Virus record (IMG/VR): IMGVR_UViG_3300035544_000037
Coordinates: 1 to 43,176 of that record
Reading direction: 5' to 3' (one strand)
From: an uncultured virus (IMG/VR IMGVR_UViG_3300035544_000037)
DNA length: 43,176 nt
This document shows positions 1 to 9,065 of the stretch, piece after piece. Numbering within the stretch: the first letter of the stretch is position 1; the number at the start of each line of letters is the position of its first letter. Made by a program: the position numbers and the translations under genes. Under the pieces are notes generated by a model that saw only the letters and a list, made by a program, of their open reading frames with translations, made no database searches and had not been told where the DNA came from.

Positions 1-147
1 CAGTACATTTTTGACCATTATAATAGATGGCCATCTCAAAATTGGACTTATTATTTTGATTGGCTTATTTTAGGTCTGTTAGCCTTACACTTCTTATATA
101 TAATAGGTAGCTTTTATAAATAGAAAGATAAATTTTTAATTTAAAGG

Positions 148-1545
148 GTGATATACTTGGATATAAATTGGGATGACTTGAAAGAAAATAAAGAAGAGTT
201 TCTTGATTTAGTGGATGAATATGGGGTTAGAGGTTTGGCTAGAGAAATTGGTGATGTTTCTCATTCTACTATTAGTAGGTGGAAAAACAAATTTGTCGAA
301 GGTCATGAAGAAAGAAAACCAGACACCTCTTATGACCCTGATTTAGACAGATGGACAATTTCAGCTAAATCCAGTGGCAGAAGTTTTTCCATAGCTAATG
401 AAAAGTACAAGAAAATTAGAAGGAATTACTCTAGCAAAAACTACTTGACTATTAATGAACTTTGTAGGAAGTATGAATTACCAAGATGGAAATTTATGCT
501 GCTCAAATCAGCTTTTGGTTTCACTCATGATGATGTGCCTTACACTGATAAGGAAATGATGGAAAAGGATACTGATGAGTTGGTTGAAGAGGAACTACAA
601 AGAAGGAAAGAGCAATACTTCCAAAAATTACAGCAAAAAGAAATTGATTCAGCTCTAAAAGAACTAGAGAATTACAGGGAAGATGAGTATTATTTAGAAA
701 AAATAGATAATTTGATAAAAAATCACCTAAATCCCAGTGAAACCCTAGACTTTAGTGGAGATTTAAGTTATAATAATAATAGAGAACTAATGTTAGAGAT
801 ACCCATAGTAGATTTACATTTAGATAAATTGAGTTGGGAACCAGAGACAAATAATGAGTATAACAGTGACATTGCTAAGGAAAGGTTTATTTCAGTTATT
901 AATGATGTATTGGAAAGGACTGAAGATAAAGAATTTGAGAAAGTTCTATTTCCTATTGGCAATGATTTTTTTCATTATGATGATATTGAAGGTCACACCA
1001 CTTTTGGAACTAAACAAACAATAGGTGGTAGATGGCAGAAGATGTTTATTGATGGAGTTGAGTTGCTAGTAGCAGCTATTAAACAGCTGGCCAACACTTG
1101 TCCAACTGTTGATGTTTTTCTAGTACCTGGAAACCACGACAAACAGACCAGTTTTTATGCTTTAATGTATTTATCTGCCTACTTTAATAATACTACCACA
1201 GTAGAGGTGGATATAAGCCCTAAGACTAGAAAGTACAGAAAGTTTGGTAGCAACTTATTAGGCTTTACTCATATGGACAAAGAGAAGAAAAGGATTTTTG
1301 GAAATATGCAAGTAGAAGTTCCTAAACTTTGGGGTGAAACTAAATACAGAGAGTGGCATGGAGGTCATCTTCATTCAGAACAAGTAGAAGAAAAGAATGG
1401 TGTTATAGTTCGCAACTTAAGTAGTGTAACTGCTAATGATGATTGGCATTATGAGAAAGGGTACTTAAGTCAACCAAAATCTCAATCATTTATTTGGCAC
1501 AAAGAGAAGGGCTTACAAAATATATTGATAACTAATATAGATTGA
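148..1545 (+). CDS. N-terminal HTH plus calcineurin-like metallophosphoesterase
   Basis: HTH-like GVRGLAREIGDVSHSTISRWK; phosphoesterase motifs VDLH, GNDFFHYD, PGNHD, FTH, GHLH in the correct order. Confidence 0.8.
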   Translation: MIYLDINWDDLKENKEEFLDLVDEYGVRGLAREIGDVSHSTISRWKNKFVEGHEERKPDTSYDPDLDRWTISAKSSGRSFSIANEKYKKIRRNYSSKNYLTINELCRKYELPRWKFMLLKSAFGFTHDDVPYTDKEMMEKDTDELVEEELQRRKEQYFQKLQQKEIDSALKELENYREDEYYLEKIDNLIKNHLNPSETLDFSGDLSYNNNRELMLEIPIVDLHLDKLSWEPETNNEYNSDIAKERFISVINDVLERTEDKEFEKVLFPIGNDFFHYDDIEGHTTFGTKQTIGGRWQKMFIDGVELLVAAIKQLANTCPTVDVFLVPGNHDKQTSFYALMYLSAYFNNTTTVEVDISPKTRKYRKFGSNLLGFTHMDKEKKRIFGNMQVEVPKLWGETKYREWHGGHLHSEQVEEKNGVIVRNLSSVTANDDWHYEKGYLSQPKSQSFIWHKEKGLQNILITNID

Positions 1546-1632
1546 AAAGTATGTTTATCCCTGAGAGCAACAGAGATGTAAAATAGAGAATATTGCTCAT
1601 TTGTATGGAAATATAGATTAGCAGGAGGCAGC

Positions 1633-1860
1633 ATGGAAAACAGGATGGAACTTGATTATAAGACTGGTAATGGTGAATGTGTAATTTGTGGAGGTAGCTT
1701 TTTTGAAAAGAAAGCTAATGGCATAATGAAATCCCACAGCTTATGCTTGGATTGTTCTATGAGTTACTTTAAACAAACAGGATTTGGGAAACCAAATGTG
1801 CCATTAGAAAATTGGATAAAATTAAGGCAAGGAGCAATTAGTGATGGAGTGGAAAGCTGA
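1633..1860 (+). other. Small zinc-binding hypothetical protein
   Basis: AGGAGG RBS; CVIC and CLDC pairs. Confidence 0.7.
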
Positions 1861-2032
1861 TTATGATAAATTTCAAAGATGGTTAGCTGAATTTTACCCT
1901 CAATACCTTGATAAATATGAAAAAGGCTATGGAAAAGGTGAAATTGATATTGTAGAAGTAGATTATGGTGAAAACCATGAGTGTTATCATCTTTACCATA
2001 AAAATTTTTTGTTAGGAACTTTATTGCTTTAA
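1844..2032 (+). CDS. Hypothetical protein
   Basis: AAGGAG RBS upstream, overlaps end of the previous gene, phage-like composition. Confidence 0.6.
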   Translation: MEWKADYDKFQRWLAEFYPQYLDKYEKGYGKGEIDIVEVDYGENHECYHLYHKNFLLGTLLL

Positions 2033-2184
2033 AGTGATGAAGTATAAATAAGGTTTGGAGGAAGGTTTTTATAACCCCATTAATCATTAGCTCACCTCTA
2101 AGAGATTTTTCCTTCCTCCTTATTTTTTATAGATTTACAATTTACATATAAGCACTTGAAATAGGAAGGGAGGGAAGATTAGGA

Positions 2185-2496
2185 GTGAATAAAAATGACT
2201 TGATGAAAATAATGGAAAGAAGTAAAACAAATCCAGTTTTCTTTGTTGAAAAGATTATTGGAGATAAATTATGGAAAAAGCAAAGACAAATAATAAATGC
2301 TATTCAACACTCGAATGTCTCAGTTGCATCATGCCACGGTGCAGGAAAGTCCTTTACAGCTAGTAGAGTAGTGCTTCATGCAATGGCAATGTTCCCTGGA
2401 ACTCAAGTAATTACAACTGCTCCCACCAATCGACAGGTAAAAAAGTTCTATGGAAAGAAATTAGAACAGGCTATGATAATAGCAATATGCCATTAG
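2185..2496 (+). CDS. terL: Terminase large subunit, N-terminal part (frame 0 before the frameshift at ~2445)
   Basis: PVFFVEKI..LWKKQ adenine-binding region, Walker A SCHGAGKS, ITTAPTNRQV strand. Confidence 0.85.
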   Translation: MNKNDLMKIMERSKTNPVFFVEKIIGDKLWKKQRQIINAIQHSNVSVASCHGAGKSFTASRVVLHAMAMFPGTQVITTAPTNRQVKKFYGKKLEQAMIIAICH

Positions 2497-3647
2497 GTGG
2501 AAAAATGTTAACTCAAGAATGGCAAATAAATTCAGATTGGTTTGCTATTGGTTTTGCTACTAGTGATACTGATAGCTTTCAAGGCTTCCATGCAAAGAAA
2601 ATATTAGTGGTAGCAGATGAGGCAGCTGGTGTAGAAGAAACAATTTTTAATGGTATAGATGGTATTACTTCTGGTGCTAATAGTAGAGTTTTACACATTG
2701 GAAACCCAACATCAAGAGCTGGTAGGTTTTATCAAGCTCATAATGCAGAAGACAATAGCTTTATTAAGTTTAATATTTCAGCTTTTGATACTCCTAATTT
2801 TACTAAGTATGGAATAACTATGGAAGATATAGCTGATGGTAGTTGGGAAGAAAAAGCCCCTGACCCTAGTGATTTACCTTATCCTCAATTAATAACTCCA
2901 AAATGGGTTAGAGAAAGGTATGAAACTTGGGGTGAAGATAGTGCCTTATGGCAAGCTAAGGTAATGGGTAACTTCCCACAAGATGAAGAATATACTATTA
3001 TTCCTGTATATGTCTGGAAACAAGCCCAAGTAGATGAAAAGATACCCTTTATAGATGATATAGATGATGTTGCTATTGGTATTGATGTGGCTAGATTTGG
3101 TAGTGACCAAACTTCCTTAGCTATAACAATTAAGAATAGATTAACAGAAGTCCATACTATTAGAAATATGGACACTACTGAAGTTTCTAAATGGGCTGAT
3201 AGAATAATAAGAAAAAGGTTTAATAGGTATAAAAGATGGAAACAAGTTTTAATTAATGTAGACACAATTGGAGTTGGAGCTGGAGTTGAAGACCAACTTA
3301 AAAATAGCTTCAATTATGAGAAAGTAAATGGATTTAAAGTTAGTCAAAAGGCTGTAAATTATGATAAATACTTAAATAAGAGAGCAGAAATGTATTGGCA
3401 ATTAAGACAGGGTTTAAAAGAAGGTGAATTTGAGATAGGTGTTCATGATGAAGATTTAGAAAATCAAATTACTGCTATTAAGTATGAATTTTCTTCTAAT
3501 GGACAACTTAAAGTAGAGAGTAAGAAAAAGATTAAGAAAAGAATTGGTGAAAGTCCAGATACTGCTGATTCCATATGCATGGCCTTCTATAAGGGTCGAA
3601 AGGAAAGAAGAAGGGGTAGTAGTGGATTATTAGGTGCTTGGAAATAG
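2445..3647 (+). CDS. terL: Terminase large subunit, C-terminal part (-1 frame; ORF track starts it at 2487)
   Basis: -1 frame reads VLWKEIRTGYDNSNMPLGG, then FQGFH, Walker B VVADEAAG, coupling motif IGNP, RNase H-like nuclease motifs GIDVARFGSD and SPDTADS. Confidence 0.9.
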   Translation, partial: VLWKEIRTGYDNSNMPLGGKMLTQEWQINSDWFAIGFATSDTDSFQGFHAKKILVVADEAAGVEETIFNGIDGITSGANSRVLHIGNPTSRAGRFYQAHNAEDNSFIKFNISAFDTPNFTKYGITMEDIADGSWEEKAPDPSDLPYPQLITPKWVRERYETWGEDSALWQAKVMGNFPQDEEYTIIPVYVWKQAQVDEKIPFIDDIDDVAIGIDVARFGSDQTSLAITIKNRLTEVHTIRNMDTTEVSKWADRIIRKRFNRYKRWKQVLINVDTIGVGAGVEDQLKNSFNYEKVNGFKVSQKAVNYDKYLNKRAEMYWQLRQGLKEGEFEIGVHDEDLENQITAIKYEFSSNGQLKVESKKKIKKRIGESPDTADSICMAFYKGRKERRRGSSGLLGAWK

Positions 3648-3658
3648 AAAGGTAAGGG

Positions 3659-5026
3659 GTGAAATTAGTGGCTTCATATAAGAAGGATAAGAATTTATAT
3701 ATACCAGATAGTATAAAAGCAAAAAGAAATGACTTCATGACTACCATGAAAGAAGGTAGTTCTAAGGGGAAGTACAATAAAGACCCCTTACACTCTCAAT
3801 ACCAGCAAGATAATTTATTAACTCAAAAAGAAATAGATAATATGTATAAACACAAACGCATATTTCAAAATATAATTGAAATACCAGCAGAAGATGCTAC
3901 TAGAGAATGGATTAGTTTTAAAAATACTCAAGAAGATGAGGCAATCCTAAATAAATTAAATGATTTAGATGCCCAGCCTGCCTTTAGTAAAATGATAGAG
4001 TATGAAAGACTTACTGGGGATGGTCTGATAAGTCTGGGATTTAGTCAAGAAAGTTCTTTTAACTTGGATGAACCTATTAATGAAGAAGGACTTAATGATA
4101 TTGATTATATCCATCCATTTTCTAAGAAGAAAATAATTGATGGATTGATAGATGAAGACCCATTTTCTCCAGATTTTAATAAATTTATGTTCTATGAACT
4201 GGCTCCAACTTTAGAAGAAACAAGGTTAGTTCACTCCAGTAGAATACTTCATATGCAAAGTAGAGTATTTGAAAGTGAGAAGTGGGGTATGAGCTTAGGA
4301 ATACCACTTTATGAGCCTATCCTTATATTAGACAATATAGCTTGGTCTTTAGGACAAATAGCCTATGCTATGACTTTTAAAGTATTAAAGTCAGATGATG
4401 TTAATATGAACAGTAGAGAACAAGTTAAGGCTATTACAGAAGAATTAGAAAGTTTCTTTAATTCTATGAGTTTAGCAGTTATTGGTAAGGATGAAGAACT
4501 TACTCATGAAAGTCCAGGAAACAATCTGCCTAACATTAGTGCTATGGTAGAATTTGTATGGGATTTCTTAGCAGGAAGTGCTAGAATGCCAAAATCTCAC
4601 ATGTTAGGGCAGCAGCAAGGTACTATTACTGGGGGTAAGTTTGATTCAGTAAATTACTACATGAGGATAGCTGGTATACAAGAAAAGTATGTTAGACCAT
4701 TACTGGAAAGATTAATAACTTTATTATATAAGGCAGAAAATAGTGGGGTTGGAGAAGGTAGAGTGGAAAATCCTAATTTTGATATGAGGTTTAATTCCCT
4801 TTGGAGATTAGATGACCAAACTGATATGGAATTAAGAAAGATACAAGCAGAAATAGATGAGAAATATATTAAGAATATGGTATTGGAACCAGATGAAGTA
4901 AGAGAAAAGAGGTTTGGTGAAGAAGGTTTTCTTGATTCAATGAGTATAGGCAAGAGTGAATTTGAAGAATTAGCTGAATATGTAGATATGAAAAGGAAAG
5001 TTAGTGAAGGTGCTCAAAATGGCTAG
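3659..5026 (+). CDS. Portal protein (DUF1073-like)
   Basis: Directly after terL, 455 aa, motifs IIEIPAEDATREW, VHSSRIL, ARMPKSHMLGQQQG, NYY, FNSLW. Confidence 0.88.
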   Translation: MKLVASYKKDKNLYIPDSIKAKRNDFMTTMKEGSSKGKYNKDPLHSQYQQDNLLTQKEIDNMYKHKRIFQNIIEIPAEDATREWISFKNTQEDEAILNKLNDLDAQPAFSKMIEYERLTGDGLISLGFSQESSFNLDEPINEEGLNDIDYIHPFSKKKIIDGLIDEDPFSPDFNKFMFYELAPTLEETRLVHSSRILHMQSRVFESEKWGMSLGIPLYEPILILDNIAWSLGQIAYAMTFKVLKSDDVNMNSREQVKAITEELESFFNSMSLAVIGKDEELTHESPGNNLPNISAMVEFVWDFLAGSARMPKSHMLGQQQGTITGGKFDSVNYYMRIAGIQEKYVRPLLERLITLLYKAENSGVGEGRVENPNFDMRFNSLWRLDDQTDMELRKIQAEIDEKYIKNMVLEPDEVREKRFGEEGFLDSMSIGKSEFEELAEYVDMKRKVSEGAQNG

Positions 5027-5786
5027 AATACCTGGTAGATTTCCTATGAATATAGCTTATGGTTACAAGAATAGTATTCAAGGTATTTTAAATGATATTC
5101 ATAGTATAACTTATGAAACTTGGATGGAAAGAATTAAAAAGCAATACAAACAACTAATGGATGCTCCAGAAGATGAGATTGAAATTCTTTTAGAAAGACT
5201 AAGAAGGGAACATGGCATAAGTGAAGACCAAGCTGAAGATTTAGCTAATGATATGGTTAAGAGAACTAGAGAATTTGGGATACATCAAGTAGATAGACAA
5301 ATTATGGCAGTAGCTGGTGTTTCACCTAATTTAAGATACCCTAATACAAATGCTAGAATAAAAATGATAATAGAAGAAAATATAAGACTTATAAAATCAT
5401 TACCTGAGAGGTATTATGATGAAGTGTCAAGAGTTATTAGGGATGGAGTTGCTAAAGGTAAGGGTATAAAAACCATACAAAGTGGCCTAAAGAAAGCTAG
5501 TGATGGGGTTATAAGTAATGCTAAGATTATAGCCAGAGACCAAGTAGGTTCAACATTGGCAGAAATTACTAGACAAAGACAAACTCAAGCTGGTTTGGAT
5601 AGGTATGTATGGTCTAGTGTAGGTGATAATAGGGTTAGAGATACCCATGAAGAATGGGATGGACAAATTTTTACTTGGAAAGAAGGAAGCCCTAATGGAA
5701 CTCACCCTGGCCAAGAAATACAGTGTAGGTGTATAGCCCAAGTTGTTGAGGAAGATGTAACTACCATTTATGGAGAAGGGGAATAA
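5019..5786 (+). CDS. Minor head morphogenesis protein (SPP1 gp7/Mu gpF family)
   Basis: IARDQ, YVWSSVGDNRVRDTH, HPGQEIQCRC motifs; ATG 5019 follows GAAGGTG RBS. Confidence 0.9.
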   Translation: MARIPGRFPMNIAYGYKNSIQGILNDIHSITYETWMERIKKQYKQLMDAPEDEIEILLERLRREHGISEDQAEDLANDMVKRTREFGIHQVDRQIMAVAGVSPNLRYPNTNARIKMIIEENIRLIKSLPERYYDEVSRVIRDGVAKGKGIKTIQSGLKKASDGVISNAKIIARDQVGSTLAEITRQRQTQAGLDRYVWSSVGDNRVRDTHEEWDGQIFTWKEGSPNGTHPGQEIQCRCIAQVVEEDVTTIYGEGE

Positions 5787-5868
5787 AGGTCAAGGGGAAG
5801 TTGCTGTTGAGTATTCCTCTAATGGTTATAGAGTTTATCATGATTCAGAATAGAGATAGGGGGAAGTT

Positions 5869-6063
5869 ATGATTTTCTTATATTTAGTTTTATCAATTGT
5901 ATTAGGAGCAGTTACTACTTGGATTTATTCTGAAACAGGTAGTCCTCCAAGAGAAACATTCTTTACAACTGTTTGGATAGTGAATGGCTTAGTCTTTTTT
6001 GGTAGTACATTAATATACTCTATCATATTTTCAATAATCCACTTCATTATTACAAAGGTGTGA
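5869..6063 (+). CDS. Small two-TM membrane protein
   Basis: Two hydrophobic segments; AGGGGG RBS. Confidence 0.65.
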   Translation: MIFLYLVLSIVLGAVTTWIYSETGSPPRETFFTTVWIVNGLVFFGSTLIYSIIFSIIHFIITKV

Positions 6064-6067
6064 TTTA

Positions 6068-6202
6068 ATGGTTATAAGGTTTGAATATAAATGCCCAGAA
6101 TGTGGATATGAATTTTTAGCAAATAATCCTTCACCAGCCTGTCCTAAGTGTGGATTTAGCTGGGAAGATATAGAAGAAGAAAGGAATGATAATAATGGGT
6201 GA
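6068..6202 (+). CDS. 44-aa zinc-ribbon protein (FmdB-like), not in ORF track
   Basis: Manual translation MVIRFEYKCPECGYEFLANNPSPACPKCGFSWEDIEEERNDNNG; AAGGTG RBS. Confidence 0.75.
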   Translation: MVIRFEYKCPECGYEFLANNPSPACPKCGFSWEDIEEERNDNNG

Positions 6203-6674
6203 TAAGAATAGACCTGAAAAAGATGATACTGGATACACTTATACTCCAGATGGAATCAAAATTGATAAAAATGATGAAAATGGGAAAAGAAAAATTACTC
6301 TTGCTGGTGAAACAATTAATGTGTCGCATAATGGAAGTATAGAGCAAGTTGAAAAAGAAACTAATTACACTATAACAGCTGGCTCTACTGATTATTTAGT
6401 TTTTGATAATGTTGATATGTCTAAATATACAAAATATACAGTTGCCATTATGGAAAGTGATAAAAACGAACACGATTTTCGGGTTGTAAAAGTAGTATTA
6501 TCAGATTTTTCTTATCCAGATTTAGAACCTTCCAGAACATTATTTTCGCTTACTGGTGGTTATAGAGATTACTCAGAACAACAAAATTTGATTACTAATT
6601 TACTGCGAATAGGTATTGAAAATGAAGACACAGAAGACCACGATTACAATATAGCTCTATATGGGGTGGTATAA
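6195..6674 (+). CDS. Hypothetical beta-rich protein, possible head fibre/decoration
   Basis: Alternating beta-strand pattern in C-terminal 110 aa; located in head module; AAGGA RBS. Confidence 0.6.
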   Translation: MGDKNRPEKDDTGYTYTPDGIKIDKNDENGKRKITLAGETINVSHNGSIEQVEKETNYTITAGSTDYLVFDNVDMSKYTKYTVAIMESDKNEHDFRVVKVVLSDFSYPDLEPSRTLFSLTGGYRDYSEQQNLITNLLRIGIENEDTEDHDYNIALYGVV

Positions 6675-6893
6675 ATGGATTTTTCAAAAATAGCAAATGA
6701 TAGAAATATGATAGAAAACCCTTATGCAGGGAAAAAAGAAAAAAAATGGACTAAAGGAGAGGTTTCGGCAGAATTTCTCAACAATAACTTTGGAGAATTA
6801 GAAACTGCAACAGAAATGAAAAACGCAACAAAAAGTGAAGGCTTGAAAAAATTTTTTGATTATCTAGTTGAAGAAGGAAAACTTACTGAATAG
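6675..6893 (+). CDS. Hypothetical protein
   Basis: GGGGTGG RBS, abuts previous stop. Confidence 0.65.
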   Translation: MDFSKIANDRNMIENPYAGKKEKKWTKGEVSAEFLNNNFGELETATEMKNATKSEGLKKFFDYLVEEGKLTE

Positions 6894-6927
6894 CTTGATT
6901 ATTCGACACTTTGAAAGAGGTGATGTT

Positions 6928-7143
6928 TTGCCTAAAGATAAACTGTTACATTTGATTGCAGGTTTTGTTATAGCTTTAGTGGGAACAATGCTATTTGATA
7001 AGATAACAGGTTTAGGATTGGCAGTTATTGCAGGAGCGTTCAAAGAAATATATGACTATCACAATCCTAAAAAACATTCAGTAGAGTTTTTAGATTTTAT
7101 TGCAACAGTTGTTGGCGGGGTAATTATAATGATATTACTATAA
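6928..7143 (+). CDS. Small membrane protein (VanZ/YfiM-like DK..H, KE..D, D..A...G pattern)
   Basis: DKLLHLIAG, FKEIYDY, DFIATVVGG; TTG start after GAGGTGA RBS. Confidence 0.7.
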   Translation: MPKDKLLHLIAGFVIALVGTMLFDKITGLGLAVIAGAFKEIYDYHNPKKHSVEFLDFIATVVGGVIIMILL

Positions 7144-7160
7144 TTCAAGGTGGTGATTAA

Positions 7161-8519
7161 ATGCCAGTACAAGAATGCCAAAGAGAAGGTAAACCTAGAT
7201 ATAAATACAGTGAAGAAGAAAAAGAAGCAAGGCAAAAAGCAATTAATCAAGGTATAGCAACGGGTGAAATTGAAGGAGGTGATAGTAAGGAGATGAAAAC
7301 AGTCCAGAGATTTGAAGAGGCAGAAGTTTTAGATTATGTAGAGAATGAGGAAGATGGTTTTCTTACAGTAGAAATAGCTGCTACAAGAACTGGAGTTATG
7401 CCTTATTATGATTGGGATACTGGTGAAATTATAAATGAGCTTAAACCTCCAGAAGAAATATTTTCAGATTTGACTATGGGAAGTTTAAAAGGTGTCCCAG
7501 TAACAGATAGACACCCTCCTGTTATGGTTGATAGTAATAATTGGATGGACTTTACTAAAGGCACAACTCACCAAGATGTTAGACAAGAAGATAATTTATT
7601 AGTTATTAGTGAAACAATTTTCGATGATAACTTAATAGCTTATGTAAAGTCTGGAAAGAAAGCTCAAGTCAGTATTGGTTTTAGGGCAGATTTGGAAGAA
7701 GAAAGTGGTGAGTTTGAAGGGGAACAATATGATAGAATTCAAAGAAATATAAGGATAAATCATGTTGCTCATGTAGAACAGGGTAGAGCTGGTGAAGATG
7801 TAAGAGCCAGACTAGATTCAAAAGAAAAAAGATTATTTGGATATTCTAAGAAGGAGGAAAAAGAAGATATGAAGTACACAAAAATTGAGAACTTTTGGGA
7901 TAGTTTAGGAACTGAAGAAACACCTGATTTTGATATTTATACTTCTGAAGAAGGAACTGAGGAACTCAATACTTGGTTAGATAGTTTTGAACTTCCTGTA
8001 AAAGAAGTAGAGGTAGAAGTTGAAAAGGAAGATGAGAAAGAGTTAGTAGAGATTGAAATTGGTGATGAGAAAATTAGTGTTCTTAAGGAGGATGAAGAAA
8101 AGTTGACTGAAATTCTTTCTGAAAAGGAAACCTTAGAAGGTAAGCTAGATAGTAAAGAAGATGAGCTAAAAACCTTAGAAGAAAGAATGGATGAACTTGA
8201 AGATAAGGATATTGATGCTATTGTTCAAGATAGACTTGACCTTATTGATTCAGTAAGAGAATTTGTTCCTGGCTATGATGCTAGTGGTAAAACTACTAAA
8301 GAAATTAAAGCAGACTTAATTTCAGAAGTTGATGAAGATTTTGAAATGGAAGAAAAGTCTGATGAGTACATTGCTGCTAGATTTGATGGTGCTTTAAATA
8401 CTCTTAAAATGATTAATAGTAAGAGTTTTGGAGATAATAACCTTAGATTTAAAAAAGGTGATAGCAAGAACTCTAAGCTGGAAGAAAAGAGAAAAGGTAG
8501 ACTTAATCTTAAAAAATAG
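7161..8519 (+). CDS. Prohead protease/scaffold (DUF2213-like) with acidic coiled-coil C-terminus
   Basis: DGFL, TRTGV, GVPVTDRHP, VSIGF, QRNIRINHVAHVEQGRAG motifs; SDEYIAARFD C-terminal motif; alternative start at 7293. Confidence 0.88.
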   Translation: MPVQECQREGKPRYKYSEEEKEARQKAINQGIATGEIEGGDSKEMKTVQRFEEAEVLDYVENEEDGFLTVEIAATRTGVMPYYDWDTGEIINELKPPEEIFSDLTMGSLKGVPVTDRHPPVMVDSNNWMDFTKGTTHQDVRQEDNLLVISETIFDDNLIAYVKSGKKAQVSIGFRADLEEESGEFEGEQYDRIQRNIRINHVAHVEQGRAGEDVRARLDSKEKRLFGYSKKEEKEDMKYTKIENFWDSLGTEETPDFDIYTSEEGTEELNTWLDSFELPVKEVEVEVEKEDEKELVEIEIGDEKISVLKEDEEKLTEILSEKETLEGKLDSKEDELKTLEERMDELEDKDIDAIVQDRLDLIDSVREFVPGYDASGKTTKEIKADLISEVDEDFEMEEKSDEYIAARFDGALNTLKMINSKSFGDNNLRFKKGDSKNSKLEEKRKGRLNLKK

Positions 8520-8549
8520 GATTTAAAATTTTAAAGGAGGAAGAATAAG

Positions 8550-9035
8550 ATGGCAGAATTAGATTTAGGTAAAATTGCTCAAGCTAAGTATTATGAAAGG
8601 ATTTCAGGTGCTGCTGAAGGTATTATTGGATTTGGTAAAGCAGTAATGAGAGGTACAGACCCAGAAAAACAATATGCTGAGTTTGATGGTACTGCTGGTG
8701 CTAAAATTGCTGGATTTGCTGGATTTGGACTTTCTGGAAATATTGATGATGAAGAATATGTAGATGAACAGCCTATGGTAGTTGTTACTCAAGGTGTTAT
8801 GGTAGTCCCTGTGTATGCTGATGCTGATACTGCTCCAACTGCTGGGGATAAGGTTGCTGTTGCTCCAGATGGAACTGTTATGACTGCTACTGAAGCAGAT
8901 GCTGATGTTGGGACTGGTGGAACTTATGCAGTAAAACTTATGAATGCTCAATTTGTAGAAGGGGCAGCTGCTGGAGATAATGTTGAAATTGAGATTGACT
9001 TCCCAATGGAAACTGAAGAAGTACAATTAGCATAA
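8550..9035 (+). CDS. Head decoration/cement protein
   Basis: Between protease and capsid gene; IGFGKAV and VVTQGVMVV beta-tulip-like pattern. Confidence 0.75.
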   Translation: MAELDLGKIAQAKYYERISGAAEGIIGFGKAVMRGTDPEKQYAEFDGTAGAKIAGFAGFGLSGNIDDEEYVDEQPMVVVTQGVMVVPVYADADTAPTAGDKVAVAPDGTVMTATEADADVGTGGTYAVKLMNAQFVEGAAAGDNVEIEIDFPMETEEVQLA

Positions 9036-9065
9036 CTATAAATAATTTTAAGGGAGTGTAAATAA

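Noticed and set aside
1764..2087. Minus-strand 107-aa ORF preceded by a GAGGTGA RBS-like sequence
   Set aside because: Overlaps two plausible + strand genes and the translation is not protein-like; the RBS is noted but insufficient
5801..5872. 23-codon ORF before the small membrane protein
   Set aside because: Too short to support; may be a gene remnant
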